DNA of 64,000 nucleotides from Catajapyx aquilonaris (Eukaryota), in the NCBI GenBank assembly GCA_000934665.2, contig JYFJ02001929.1, positions 1 through 64,000 of the forward strand, given 5' to 3'. Shown here in pieces: positions 1 through 12,800 of the stretch. Position 1 is the stretch's first letter. Each line of letters opens with the position of its first letter. The notes beneath the pieces are model-generated. The model searched no databases. It was not told where the DNA came from and saw nothing but the letters and a program-made list of their open reading frames with translations. The position numbers and the translations under genes are program-made.

Positions 1-3000
1 CGACTAATGATACCCCGGGCCCGGATTAACCTCCTTGCCCGGATGCAGCCAACGGGTCCTGTCATGACATTGCACCGATCTAATTATTCAGATATACAGC
101 CCTCACATTATATATTACTTAAATACGCCACATGTGATCGTCATATTAAAGAAAAAAAGATATGGCCGGTTAAATGATCATTTACTATCGAAGGAATGGG
201 TTGGACATGGGCTTGGACATAATCGCAGATCAATGGTGGATGCTGACCAAGCCAGTCTCCCTGGACCGTCTCTCATTGATTAAATTTCCCGCAGGTGATT
301 ACATTCGGTATTGGCTGAAGTTGCTTCAGCAAGGAAGAGCCTATTATATCCCCAACCTCCGTCCAAAATCGAGTATTTCCCCAACTGCCTCTAGGCCTTT
401 AATTATCTTTAGAGTAAAAATAGTGAACACGAAAAGACTATCTGCAAATGCAGTCTTTTAGTCAATATCTGTGGAAGTTTTTTTTACTCATTGTAACTTC
501 TGGATTCGAAGCAAAATAAAGCAGGCCTGTAAAACTATGTCGGTGTCATGCTTATTTAAGCATATTGTAAAATCCAAGCTTCTTTTTTTAAACAAAATAG
601 CAAGGTTGCAGGTAATATTTCCCTGAGCATAAAATGTGTACAATTTTTATTCCAATAATTAAAACTGCGCATAATGTTCACCACTTTACTTTTCAATAAT
701 TGAAACAGTTATTCATGCTCGGAAAAAATATTGTAGACAGAGTCAAGCATGAGTTGAGAAATACAAACTGAATTCCGGTTACTTTTCGGTTCAAATATCA
801 GAGATCTGGCTAACACCGTGTATACGTTTTGCATTAAAATAAAATACTATTGCTGTATTATATTAAAACTGTAATATTCTCCTGATGCTTTAATTGCTGG
901 AGACCATTACGCTTAGAAGCCTAACCGAAATTTATATGTGACGCAAAACGCAGACCTATAGTTAAACCAACTGCAATAATTTTTACATGCATCTTTCGTT
1001 CACCCCATAAATCCTGCACTCGCCTAATTACTCATTTAGAATAATTTGATATCTAGGACGGTTTTAATATGAGACTCCCCGTGTTCATAATGGCCGTAAA
1101 TCCTAGCATCCCAGCTGAAAACTAGATTAGCATGAATGAAATATTCTGACAGCGGGCATCCAGCCAGGCCCGAAATTTGAAGCTCTGTCAGCTCATGGAT
1201 CCTGTTTTGTCAAGCAGTCTTGGGTCCAACCCGACCCATGAGACAACCCTTGTAATACGTGCTGGGTAGTGTCCGGAGTCTGTCCCGGAGAGAACTTGAC
1301 GAGATTGAAAATGGCAACGGAAGCCTTGGGGGAATAAACCCGATTCCTTCTTGATGACCACTTCGGAGACTCTATCTTTCATTGGGAATTGCATTATTGT
1401 GATGGAGACACTGCCTTTGGGAACACTCCAGTGTGTGTGACACGTATAGGAATTTCACAAGTAATTTGGTCGCAATTCCGCGCCTGACTTGCTCCGGATC
1501 TGTCGAGCTTTAATTTAAGCTGGAAGCAGGATCGGGGTGCGGAAAAAGAAGCTTATTTGCACATTATCTGCCCTTCCAGACACGGGAATAAAAAACCAGG
1601 AACACGGCGTCACGTAGTTTCGTATACGCAAAACAGACGTGGGGATTAACTCTTGCTCCTTTTTTCCCCCTCTCCTTCCTCCACTCTCTATATACACGGT
1701 TGGATGCTTGGGCCTCATTTCTTGCATAGCAATGCGATTCTACCACCGCATCCTGCTGTGCCTCTCCAACTTTGCGAATAAGAGACTGGCAATTTCTTAC
1801 AGGCTGCTTGGTTCGTTCCTATTAGGAAGCGAAATGTAATTACGGAAGTTAATTTGCAGTATTATTATATTTTGAAAAGGTCACAGAACCTCCAAAATGG
1901 ATCCGCATCTCCTGTTCCTTTGTCTGCATCAAAATGTAATTTCAGAATGTCATATACAAGTGAATAGATTGGTTTCAGGTGTAGAGCACTCTATGCCACA
2001 CACAAAAAAAACGGAATTAACAACGCGTGGGTTATAATGCACATGTCACCCCGAATTTTACCAGGTTTGTGTCGCAGGGTGGCTGCTGCCAATGCAGTAT
2101 TTTGAAAGCGCTAATAGGCCTAGACAGTCAGGCAGGGAGCTTTTTGGACAAAGGGCATTTTGGCACGATTTTCATTCCCTCGCAAAAAAAAATGAAAGTC
2201 TTGTGCCAATATGAATCTCTTGGGACAAGTGTCTAACAGGACCATTTGTGAACATGGGTTAAAACAGCAACATAAATTTCGTGACTTTGGCTGGCTCTAT
2301 GGTGTTTCTGTAGTTGGCAGCATGGGCAGACCCGGGGCCAACCCACACTCTTAATCAAGCCAAAAATTCTGCGGAACAGTACTCATCACTATGACACACC
2401 CTGTGGCTTATTTGCTGCTCGGTAGTTCGTAAAATAAGCACAGTTTATTTCCATTGCTCCAACTGTCAAAACGTATTTTTTTTGAGCGCCTTTGTTAAAC
2501 ATGGCGTGAAACTAATAAAATCCGGGAATAAAGCAGTGCCAAATTATTCACGGGCGAAATGAAATACAGTTCTCGCCGTGTTGCTTCCAAAATGCGGAAA
2601 CGGAACGAGGTGAACGTGAGAAGAATCTCTTTTTTTTTACACAATGGAATTTTTGTTATCATTTGAGCAAATATGTACTAATGAGGTTAAAATGCTCGTT
2701 AACGACGTAATTGTCTGCGGTCGTGTTAACCTAAATATTCCAAACAGACAGACAATAAAGCCCGCTCCCAAATTATTTATTAACGGACTCATGGTTCTGC
2801 ACTATTGCAGCGCATGAATTCAACATGAGCAAAAACATGAGTAACATAACTTTCCCTTTTCCTAACAACTTTGGTCATTGCAAGGGGGGAAAAAAATCCG
2901 TTTTATCTTTTTTGAGCTAGAGAATATTGGTGGAAGGAAAGGTGTTATGCTCGGGTCGTGAAGGAATTTTACTCCGGAAGTAAGGAGGAACTAAGGTCTC

Positions 3001-3827
3001 CGGAATTTCTTGCCAGGAACGACCCTCCGGAATGGGCCAATTTGCAGGACCCGCTTCCTTAATTTCGCCAGCCAAAATTCCCTTCCATGCAGAAATGCAC
3101 GCGTCCGGAAGCCAAAATGTGCAAAATAATATGTACTTGTACGTCAAAAAAATGGACGCAATATTTTTTTTAGAGTACATGACAAGTAGTGCAGGGGTCT
3201 AGATTAATTGCTGGCGGTAAACTTTTGGAGGACAAGAGGACACGACTGAAGCTGTGCTTTTTTTTGCAAGGACTTAAGAGAACTTTTCTTGCGGCCCTCT
3301 CAGGACCACAAAAATTACTTAGACGTGAAATAATTAGAAAGCAAGTAAAGGCAGGCAGGGCCATTACTATTCCCATCAAGAAGGACAATTTTCCGCACTT
3401 TTTCTACCCATTATTAGCCCCCCCCCCCAACATAATAAATCAGGGAAATGAGACACGAGGACTTAATAAGAAGCGGGTGCAATTTGCAATGTAAATCGAC
3501 GTCTTCAGGGGTCCTTCCAATTGGAATTCTGCGGAGAATTTTGCAGGCTCTAATATTGTCTCTTCTTTCGAAGCAACATGATCGATACGCTGAGGTTGTT
3601 CACTGCGAAAAAAATGTACGTAACTTCTCCGGTTATTAAAAGTTCTTTTTTTACGATGTTCATAAGAAATTCCTTAGCTTTTTGATCCAAAAGGTGTTGC
3701 GTTTGTTCCGCACTTTGTTTAAGGCTCCATTTCGATACTGGAAGGAGGTCAAGACTTTGGAGAAGTTGCGATAAACTTTTTTTTTGCAGCCTTATCAACC
3801 CTGGGTGGTGCAAAAATGTGTGGGCTG

Positions 3828-6800
3828 GTCCTCGATTTGGGTTTGGCCCCCTTTTTTTCCGACCCATTTGTCACCGCCTTCCCGCATCTTCCTACCCCAT
3901 TTTTCCTGCCTCCCCTTTCTGCTGTCACCTTCGTCTCTCCTCAAAAAATGTCCAGGATGAAATGGCTTTTATGACTGAGCAAGTTGCTAACTCCTGGAAG
4001 TGACATACTTCCTGAACTCACTCGGGGAAGGACCTTTGCTTCAAATATTTTGCTTGAATGTCCATCGAATTTTGTGCCTAATATACCATAGGCGTAACGA
4101 GATTTACGAAGGAAACGAGTGGACCGTAATAGACAAAAGTAGGATGTCAGAAAAATATTGAGTTTTGTGATCGACCGAATTTTTACAAAATTCAGGAAAT
4201 GGTGTTTACACAATTCCTGTGTAGAGGAAGTAAGATTAATATTGTGAAGGGTAGTGGAAGGAACTTTCTCATGGGAACACTGCGGATTACAAAGATGCTG
4301 CTCCTCATCCTAAAACCTGCTCTTTCGCAGCTAGAAGGTACATTTGACACCCGGGCCTTAATCCCCCTTCTCCCTCTAAGACCATCCCAACAGCAAAGCA
4401 TTACATCCGCCAACTATCGATCATTTAGCTCCGTGACAGAAGCCAGATCTTCTCCGCCACCTCCCAGACACACCCTTGTTCGTGTCCTGTTTGGCATGTC
4501 AAATGCACTCTTCTTCTCATCACTTTTTTTTTTTTGGTCCAGAGTTGATGCGTCTCTTAGGACCAAAATTTGTCATCGTTTCGGACTGCGAACGGATATT
4601 GTGTGTCACTCGCAGGAACAGTAAATATTTATTTTATTTTTGCTAATATTAGCACTGTCTTATATTTCACGTTAATACGTACCCAGCAAGGCGTGTCACT
4701 TTTCCTCTTTTATGCAGTGGTCTCCATGCAACAAGGTCTGATTAAAGCGACTTATTCTACTACCACCAGGAACAGCTGCACTGGTGTAATGAACACAGGC
4801 ATTCATTAGCGGCAGGAGTTAATTTGAAAACCGGCCGTTTTCATTATTCCGTGTCCGACAAGGCTTCCTATACCCGGACTGAGAATGGTCCGGAGCCCCC
4901 CGTTTCATTACAAACTGCAATATTAACCTAACCGGATTCGAACAGATAGCAACTCTTAATAGGTGATTGAGTGTGATCGCTTAAAAATCCGGGGGACCCA
5001 AACCCGGAACAATTTTCGCGAAATTTATGTTGGCTGGAAAAAGGGGTGTGGCGCCTGACAGGACAGGGCTATCCTTCCCGGAGATTATAAACTTGCTATA
5101 AAAGCATCAGAGGGGCGTCAGACAAACATTGCACCGGGTGCATAAATCTTAATTTTTTTGTATGAAAATTACTGCTCCCCGGAAACTCGCCTCGTAATTT
5201 TTCCGACAGTGTTGCAACCAGTCACCAGTTCCCATTGTCGCATTCAGTGTGTGTGTGAATCATGTTTTGGACGCAAAAAAAAAACAACGGTCGTTACTTT
5301 TTTTTTACTCGGGTCAACTCTTTGTTTTTACTGGAACAAAGAGTGAAATACACCTTTGTTTGCTTCAGCACGTATATCGTAAACAGTAAAGATTGATGTT
5401 GAAAGAATCCGATCTTGACTGTTTAATTAATGTTACATTGAGGAGTGAATCGAGGGATTAACTTTCACCATGGCAACCTTGTTCAATTTCATGGGAGCAA
5501 TTATTGAAGCTCAGTTTCCATTGTCCTTTTAGCCGTATATCCGGAGCAGTGATGTATGGTTGATACCTGTCCGAAACCCCGGTGTGACACTAATACGTAT
5601 ATCTGGTGATGGAAAGGGGAAGCCTGGCCCATTCTTATTCTCTAGACCCAGTTTGAAGATACGTTTCCTGCATTCAGAATCAGGTAGCTGTCTTGTTTCG
5701 TAATCATAACTAAAGCAGAAAGATGAAACATTCGCAGTCATATAAGCAAAAACCATGTAGCAACAATTGCGATCAAAATATCAGTGGCGTAAAAACAATA
5801 CCATTAATCAGATCTCCGCATATGTCACATGTGTTCAGCTCGAATTTTTTTACTAGCGATGCAAAAACCGCATTTGAGTCGCAAATTCTTTCGCAAAAAA
5901 AATGTGCGGAATTTTGTCCTGTGGCAACAGGCCCCCTTTATTGCGGATTTATTATTATATAAGAAGATCGATAATTTGTATATCGTACGGAATATGTCAA
6001 TAATGGTGCTGAGCTTTGGTGCTGAGAATATGGTGCATAATATCCCAGTGATAAAGTAAGACCCCCTCGCAAATGAGAGTCATTAGCTATGCACAATCAA
6101 CGAAGCCTAACTAATATTTAAAATGGGAGTCATTGTTGCGTTGCGAGTGTGTCGGCATGCAAAGTAGTGGAGGGACCAAACTTTTTTTTTTGGGACAATT
6201 TTTTGACATGAAGCCAACGGATCTTCATACCAAATACCAGGGCGCTTTGGATCTGATATTACGAGTGAAGCCTAGTTATTAAAAGCATCAAGCCGAGGGC
6301 AGGCGTACTTTTACCAAAAACGCAAGGGCTGAATTATGCATGAGGGAGGATCGAACCAGACCAAATTATACAACCCGTTCCTTTACTCACGGGTTTTTTT
6401 AAAAAGCATAGTTGAAACTCGGCCGAGATAATAATTAGTGCGAAAATGAAGCAAGAAAAAGCCTCGATTTATGCCCAATTCTGCATGGACCACACGAGGT
6501 TTCTTTTACAAGCAATATTTGAGCTCGCTTTTTCGTATCCCTGGAGAGAAATGTTACTCCAAGTGCTCTGTATCTCATTTTTGTGAACCACGTTTTCTCT
6601 CGGCTGAAAAACGAGGTGATGGCATCGCTCCCTGTAAGTAATACCCGCGTAGAATAACTGTTGAAAAAGGAGACGACTGCTCATAAATAGTTACGGTTCG
6701 TCCAATCAAAAGAGAGAGCTCGTTTTATGCCCCGAGTTGCATTGCAGGTTTGGGAATATAGAGAAGCTCTCTGCTTATGGGAATGGGCGAATTGGTTACA

Positions 6801-9800
6801 CCCTTATAAGATGCAAATAGGTTAAAGTTGATGAAATCAGAGTGTTCAGAGAGTTTCAGAGCGTAAAAAAAACACAAACTAAATTTACGTCATATTTATT
6901 AGTTACATCACCTTAAATTAATATAAGCTCATGTGCTAAGTTAGCTGCTATAATTGTATCTCGACCTCTCCTTGCCGTTTCCTCGCTCGATAAATTGCGC
7001 TCCTTCCCTTTTGCCTTTTGTAAGCCAAGAAAAATGCTCCTCCACTTTTCACTACAGATTTTCCTCAAGTAAGAAAAAAAAAGTGCAGCCCAAGGAACTA
7101 TAGCTCGGCGGCTTCCGTTTCCTCAGCCATGGCTGAATGCACGGTTATAGTGAAGATGAGTGTCAATGGAGCCAAACTAATGGATTTCTAATGCGGTGCA
7201 ATTTTGGGCGTGGAAGGGCCATTCTCCTTACTGGTTCCAATAGAATAGAAGGAAAGAGAGAGAGGGGGGGATGATCAGTGTGAGGAATATGGGAAGGTCC
7301 TTTTCTCCATATAGCCTGCTGTGATTAATTCTGGTCTTAGAAGCCCAGATTCGGCTCAGGTTGAAACAATTTGTGGCTCTTGTACCAGTCCGCAGTAGGG
7401 GATTTATGTAAGGGATGATGAACGCCACTTGAGGGATTTTCTCGGGGATTCTTCTCGCATTTCTTTGCCTCGGCGTTTGAAGAAGCGCAAACTGTCTTAA
7501 GAGGGATGAAGGCTTAAGGCACTGGGATTAATCACGAGCTAACTGCTCAGAAAAAAAAGAAGAAGTGTGAACAGCCTCTTTTTCAGGTCATGTGGATTAC
7601 CACATCCAAATCTACAAATTGTAAAGGAGCAAAATGCTTTAGATTCGGGTAGGTCAGTGACTATTGTTGGAGTAGGTTGTTTCTGGTCCTCCAGTCGGCG
7701 CCAGTTGGGTCCCCCTTTGAAATCTGGCTTGGAGCCATGAGTTTGGGAGGATTGGAGGAGGAAGCAAGAGTCACACAACCCTCCCCCTTTTGGATCATAC
7801 TGATTTATAAGCCAGCTTTCCATCGGGTAAACGCGCTGCTGGATAGAAAGAGAGGATGACGCCGAATAAATTATTGGACCAATCCTCGCTTCTGATGTGG
7901 ATTGAGCGCTGACTGATCCCGATTCCCATTTTTCCAATTCAGGGATCTGGAGGTGTCAACATTTTTCAGGTGGCAAACTGTGTCAAAACTATTCAAGAAA
8001 TAAAGTATGAACCACCTTGTAGTATAGTGAAGAGTGTTGGACGATTGTCCTTACGTAGACAATATGGATTGCGATTTATAACCCTCCATTTCTGCCCGAG
8101 TTTCTGCTCCTGGCTGCAAAAGGCCAAAGTCGGCTTATTATGGTAATTAAAGGAATCCTGGCTCTCATTTTGATGGGCAAGTATATTAAGACGAGGCCTT
8201 GATGACTCAACTTCCGCCAGCAGTTAATGATTAATCCTCTCGGTTCGGAATATTTGTTGCTCATCTGCCCAAACTTGGAAGGGATTATCATGTCAAGAGC
8301 TTCTGTTGGTTGTATAATAAACGATTATAGAGGTCTGGAAATCTGACCTTTGAATTGTCCCTTCCTGAGAGAAGTGGATTGAGGGACATGCTGATGCGGG
8401 GCAAGTCTGGAGACAAGAAGGTCCATCCGAATTCAGGGGAGGTTCCGGAGGGATTTGCTCTTTACCATCAAGCAGAGGAGAGTTTTGGGGCCAAGATTAG
8501 ATGAAGATCGCGGGAGAGAACCAGCGGTGATGTTCGGAATTAAAGCGCTTTCTAAGCCCCGAATTTGTAGGGAGTTAAGCCCAGGGACACACTACTTTCC
8601 AACAGTTCATTCAAGCCTTTTTTTTGTCAACTTGTAATTTTAAAAAATGCATAGTTTGAATGATTTTGCGCAGGCCTTCATCAGACTTAATAAAGTTTTT
8701 AAGTTCTTAATTAATTGGCAGTTCAAGATAAATCCAGACCAGTTGTCGAGAAGGGAATGGGCGCCTAGGCATCACAGAGTCTGACAGCTCAAGTCGAGTA
8801 CAGTGAGTTTCATTCGGCCTGAGAGGTCATGGAAAGTCAAAAGGTTTTTCGAAACAATCTCGGGTCATTGCTCTACAGTCCACACTATTCCTGCAGAACG
8901 CGTGACTTCCAGAGCAGAACTTCCGAAACTGCGTCTTGTGACATGAGATGTCATGGATAAGGATTCAACTCATGTCACCGAAACTTGTGACAGGAACTAA
9001 AGTTTGACATGACTGTATGATCTGGGGTTCCTTGCACTGCGGTATAATTTTGAGGCTGTAAAGTCCTTTGGTCGGCCTGCTCTATCTGTCTCTCTATACC
9101 ATTTTTGAAGCTTCGTATCTGTGTAATTGTAGAGCTGGGAACCGCAGGGGGCTTTATAGGCGCTTACTTTATGGCACGAGTAAATAAACCGACGCGGTTC
9201 AGTCTCTTTTGTAAATGAGCACCCGAGGAATTCCCACAAGAATTCATTCTCTGTCCAGGCTTTTTTCCCTCGGTACATTGACGCATTTGCCGCATAACAA
9301 CCAGGTAAATATGACTCATACACTCACCTGCCGCCATTATTTTTATTAATGCATTTAGTGTTTTACATGTACATCGTTTAAATAGTGTTGATGGCCTATT
9401 ATGGTCATTGTTTCATGTGGGTACATGCATTCTCAATAAGCGTTGACACTGTACGCGACCAGTAATGACAGAAAGTATTCGGCTTTACACCAATATATTG
9501 CATCAAAAAAATTCCGACAAAAGCACTCTAACAAGGTGAAATTTATATAAAGTGCTGATGGATATATACGTATACATTGTTCAGAATATATTTTTATTTG
9601 CGATATAGCATGTGCTTGTTTCCAAATTACAAGAAGTTTAATCCTTCATCAAACCATCGTTTATCAGTTTTTGATCAAAACCAAAGTCGACCTGAATAGC
9701 GGTTTGCCTGCAATAACCTGGCTGTCAATTTGCATTTTATCGGTCCTTATCCAAAGTAACAAGGGGATTAATCCACAGCGCGGAATTTTTTTTAGAGCGC

Positions 9801-12800
9801 AAAGTTTTCGCAGCCTTAATATCTCGGCCGTGATGAATTTTATAAAAACCCGCGATGAAACGCTCGTCTGACACAACCATTAAAAAAAAGTTTCAATTCC
9901 GGTAATGAACTTGATTGCACTCGTTCATGCAAAGTGTCAGGTCTCATTACTGGATGTAACAGTCAGTCTTACAAAAGTACTACCCACATGCTCGTCAGCT
10001 CAAATCAGGTTGTAATGTTCAAACCATGCTCATATGTGACGTTTTAAATGAACTGTAATTGACTGCACTGAGCTGTATCTTCACTTGAACTAAAATGATA
10101 ATTAGCACAAGTTCATGCCGATCCCGTAAAAGTGTTACTAACCTATCTTGATGACCGGGGGCAGGGCCAGCACAGGGGCGACCCCGAGGCAGAAGAATAG
10201 GGCTATGAGGGCGAGGAGGCCCGCCCCGTGGCCCCTGGGCAACGGCATGGCTCATGATGGTTCCGGACGACACCCCCGTCCGATCCACGTGCCTCTGCCA
10301 AGCAAACCCCAAAAACTCAGAACCCAAATATTTTTAGGCCCACCCCACCCGCCTAAAAACCGCGCCTGTGCCCTGCTCGGACTCAGTCCCACGAATGAGA
10401 CTCCTGGGCCCCCCAAGACCAACTCTGGCTCCACCCTTCCACCCCCCACCGACAGAGTTGCATACCCTTCAAGCACCGGCGCAAATGCCTAACACACCCG
10501 GAGTGTCTCATGTAATGGGAGAACACAACACACCACTTTGCATACATCGATGGGGCTCAAACTTTGGGAGCAAATTTAATCATTTTTATTCCAGGCTTTT
10601 TAAAAGAAACGTTTTGTTGTATAGAAGTGTGTTAGGACTGGTTTCCCCAGGTTGGACCTTTCCTGTTGGAAAAACAAGGCTGTCAAAAATTGGGGGATTG
10701 AATTATGGCAGGGAATTGTTGCGGTGTCGCGCTCTGGCCCGGAAATCCGGTTAATTTTGCCCGTTTGATGAATTTTCATGCAGGGGTGTTTATGGGATTG
10801 GGTACTTCATTTCGGGGAGGTCCGGATGGGAGGCCAAACAATGATGCTGATACTGCAGAAGTACAGATATGCCATGTTAATGTTATACTTAAAAAGGAAG
10901 TAAGGTTTAGGATAGGTTATAGGATAGGTTAGGATAGGTTAGAATAGGTTAGAATAGGTTAGGATAGGTGAGGATACGAAAAGTTAGTTAGTTGAAATTA
11001 GTCTACACCCAAATGTATGGGCTGCATATAAAAAGTACTGTAGATTTTCCTGCTCTTGTGAATTAAATGCAGAGTAGTGAGCAGGACGTTGGGTTAGGTT
11101 AGGAGGATGGAAATACTTCTCTTTTTTTAGCCAAGTATGATGTTTCGTATGCTCCAGTTGCTCTGGAAAATCTGGCCTCCCCCCAACTCCCCTCAACTTT
11201 CTTCTTCTTATGGAGGATCAATAATGATTCGCCTTGATACCACTTCTTTCCCTCTCCCTTTCAACCCCTTTTCCTCTCCATCCCCTTCCCCCACCAACCC
11301 GTCACAAGAAATGTTGGCTCCTTTTCAAACCAACTGCGGAACTAATCCGGCGTAATGCAGCCTCCTTTCTCTTGGCTCAGGCTGTACCTATAGAGTCAAT
11401 GGCATGAACTTAAAGTATCTGCATGAAAAATTATTTTAGATTAAAATGTATTCATGTTGGCAGACCTTGATGTACAGGATTGTGGAACCGAAGCTTCTGG
11501 AGTGTGCGGCTGTGTTACGGTCCGAATATTCCGGATGACCACTGGTATGTGCAGCGTGCGGACGACAACTTTCTGTGGTATCAGTTTCCGTCGCTGGACA
11601 AGTTGGCCTCCTGGGATGAGGGAACATTGTCTGAATTATCGCTGTTCAGTGCAGGAACATTTCCTTAGTAATCCTCCGCATCTTGTGCAGTGGACAAGTG
11701 TCGCGCAGTCTGCAGTGTGTACAATGCATTGGCTTGGATGAAATTCTAAGTGGTTTTCATGATGTGCTGCGAAGCATTAGGATTATCTACTGTGTTTGTA
11801 ATATACTCGTACGTTGCTATTCGAGTTATTTTTCTGTCATAAAATCTGCATGCACGACATGCTGGTTGCTAATTTTTTAAATAGTCGATGTTACAGGATG
11901 AGTGCATAAAAGTACAGTAATTATGTGGCTATAAACGCGCAGTTAATACGAGCCAACAAATGTTTACTAATGGCATTGTTCTGATATGCATCCTCCCTGT
12001 ATTGTTACAATGTGTAGATCGACAACACGGGAATGTAATTTTTGTTGTTGAAAGCATATGCCCGAAGCAGATAAAAAAAAACATGTTGCATCAGATCTTT
12101 CAAAAAAAAAAATACGTGATAGGAACCTTATTAATGACACAATTGGCCTTTTTGTTGAGGTCAACCGCGCTATCACAAAGCCCCCTGTAAAAACGAACAA
12201 TAAAATGATGATCGTTTTTTAGAGGCCTCACTCCACGAATGCAAAACACAACCTCTGCCACTGGGAAGCCATCGAACCGAGAAATCGAGCAAACAAAAAC
12301 TGGACCCACAAATTGCCACTTTTTGACTGATAAAAAGGTCAATCACATCACAAACGGAGATATTATGAGCATTATTTTCATCTACAGACGTATAAGTTAT
12401 TAAAATAATTACGATTTGAATCTAAAGAGAATGTATTTTTCAGGCTTTAAGGTCTGTTGAATAAGAAGCCAACTCGAGTAGGACTAGAGAAAGTGAGCGT
12501 CTGACTCCGGAATGTCCGGTATGCTCATATCCGGAGTCCATCTATAGTTCAGCTCGAACTGAATAATATTGCAGGAGGGTTGAAGCTCCATCACCCCCAC
12601 AGTTCAATGCCTGCCTCTGCAGAATATGTTTTTTTCCCCCTGAGCATGATGGATGATTGGCTCTTTTAAACTGACGAATATTTACACTTAGGCAGCACTG
12701 GTTAAGAGACTGGAATTAATAGACTGCACTTTTTTGTGATGCCTGGGGATAAAAAGAGGGGGGTGATTAGCTTCCTAGACTTGATAAACCCTGACGGAAA

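Noticed and set aside
1..3827. Genes or RNA genes in the leftmost segment
   Set aside because: Only short ORFs without homology and no tRNA or rRNA pattern; may be further left-arm sequence whose partner lies beyond 64000
10148..10492. 114-aa ORF and its 113-aa partner at 58265-58606
   Set aside because: GC-rich duplicated block; the peptides lose similarity through indels and match no recognisable family
11454..11741. Coding-looking stretch with overlapping ORFs
   Set aside because: No frame could be assigned to a family and no consistent splice signals were found; a blastx search would settle it
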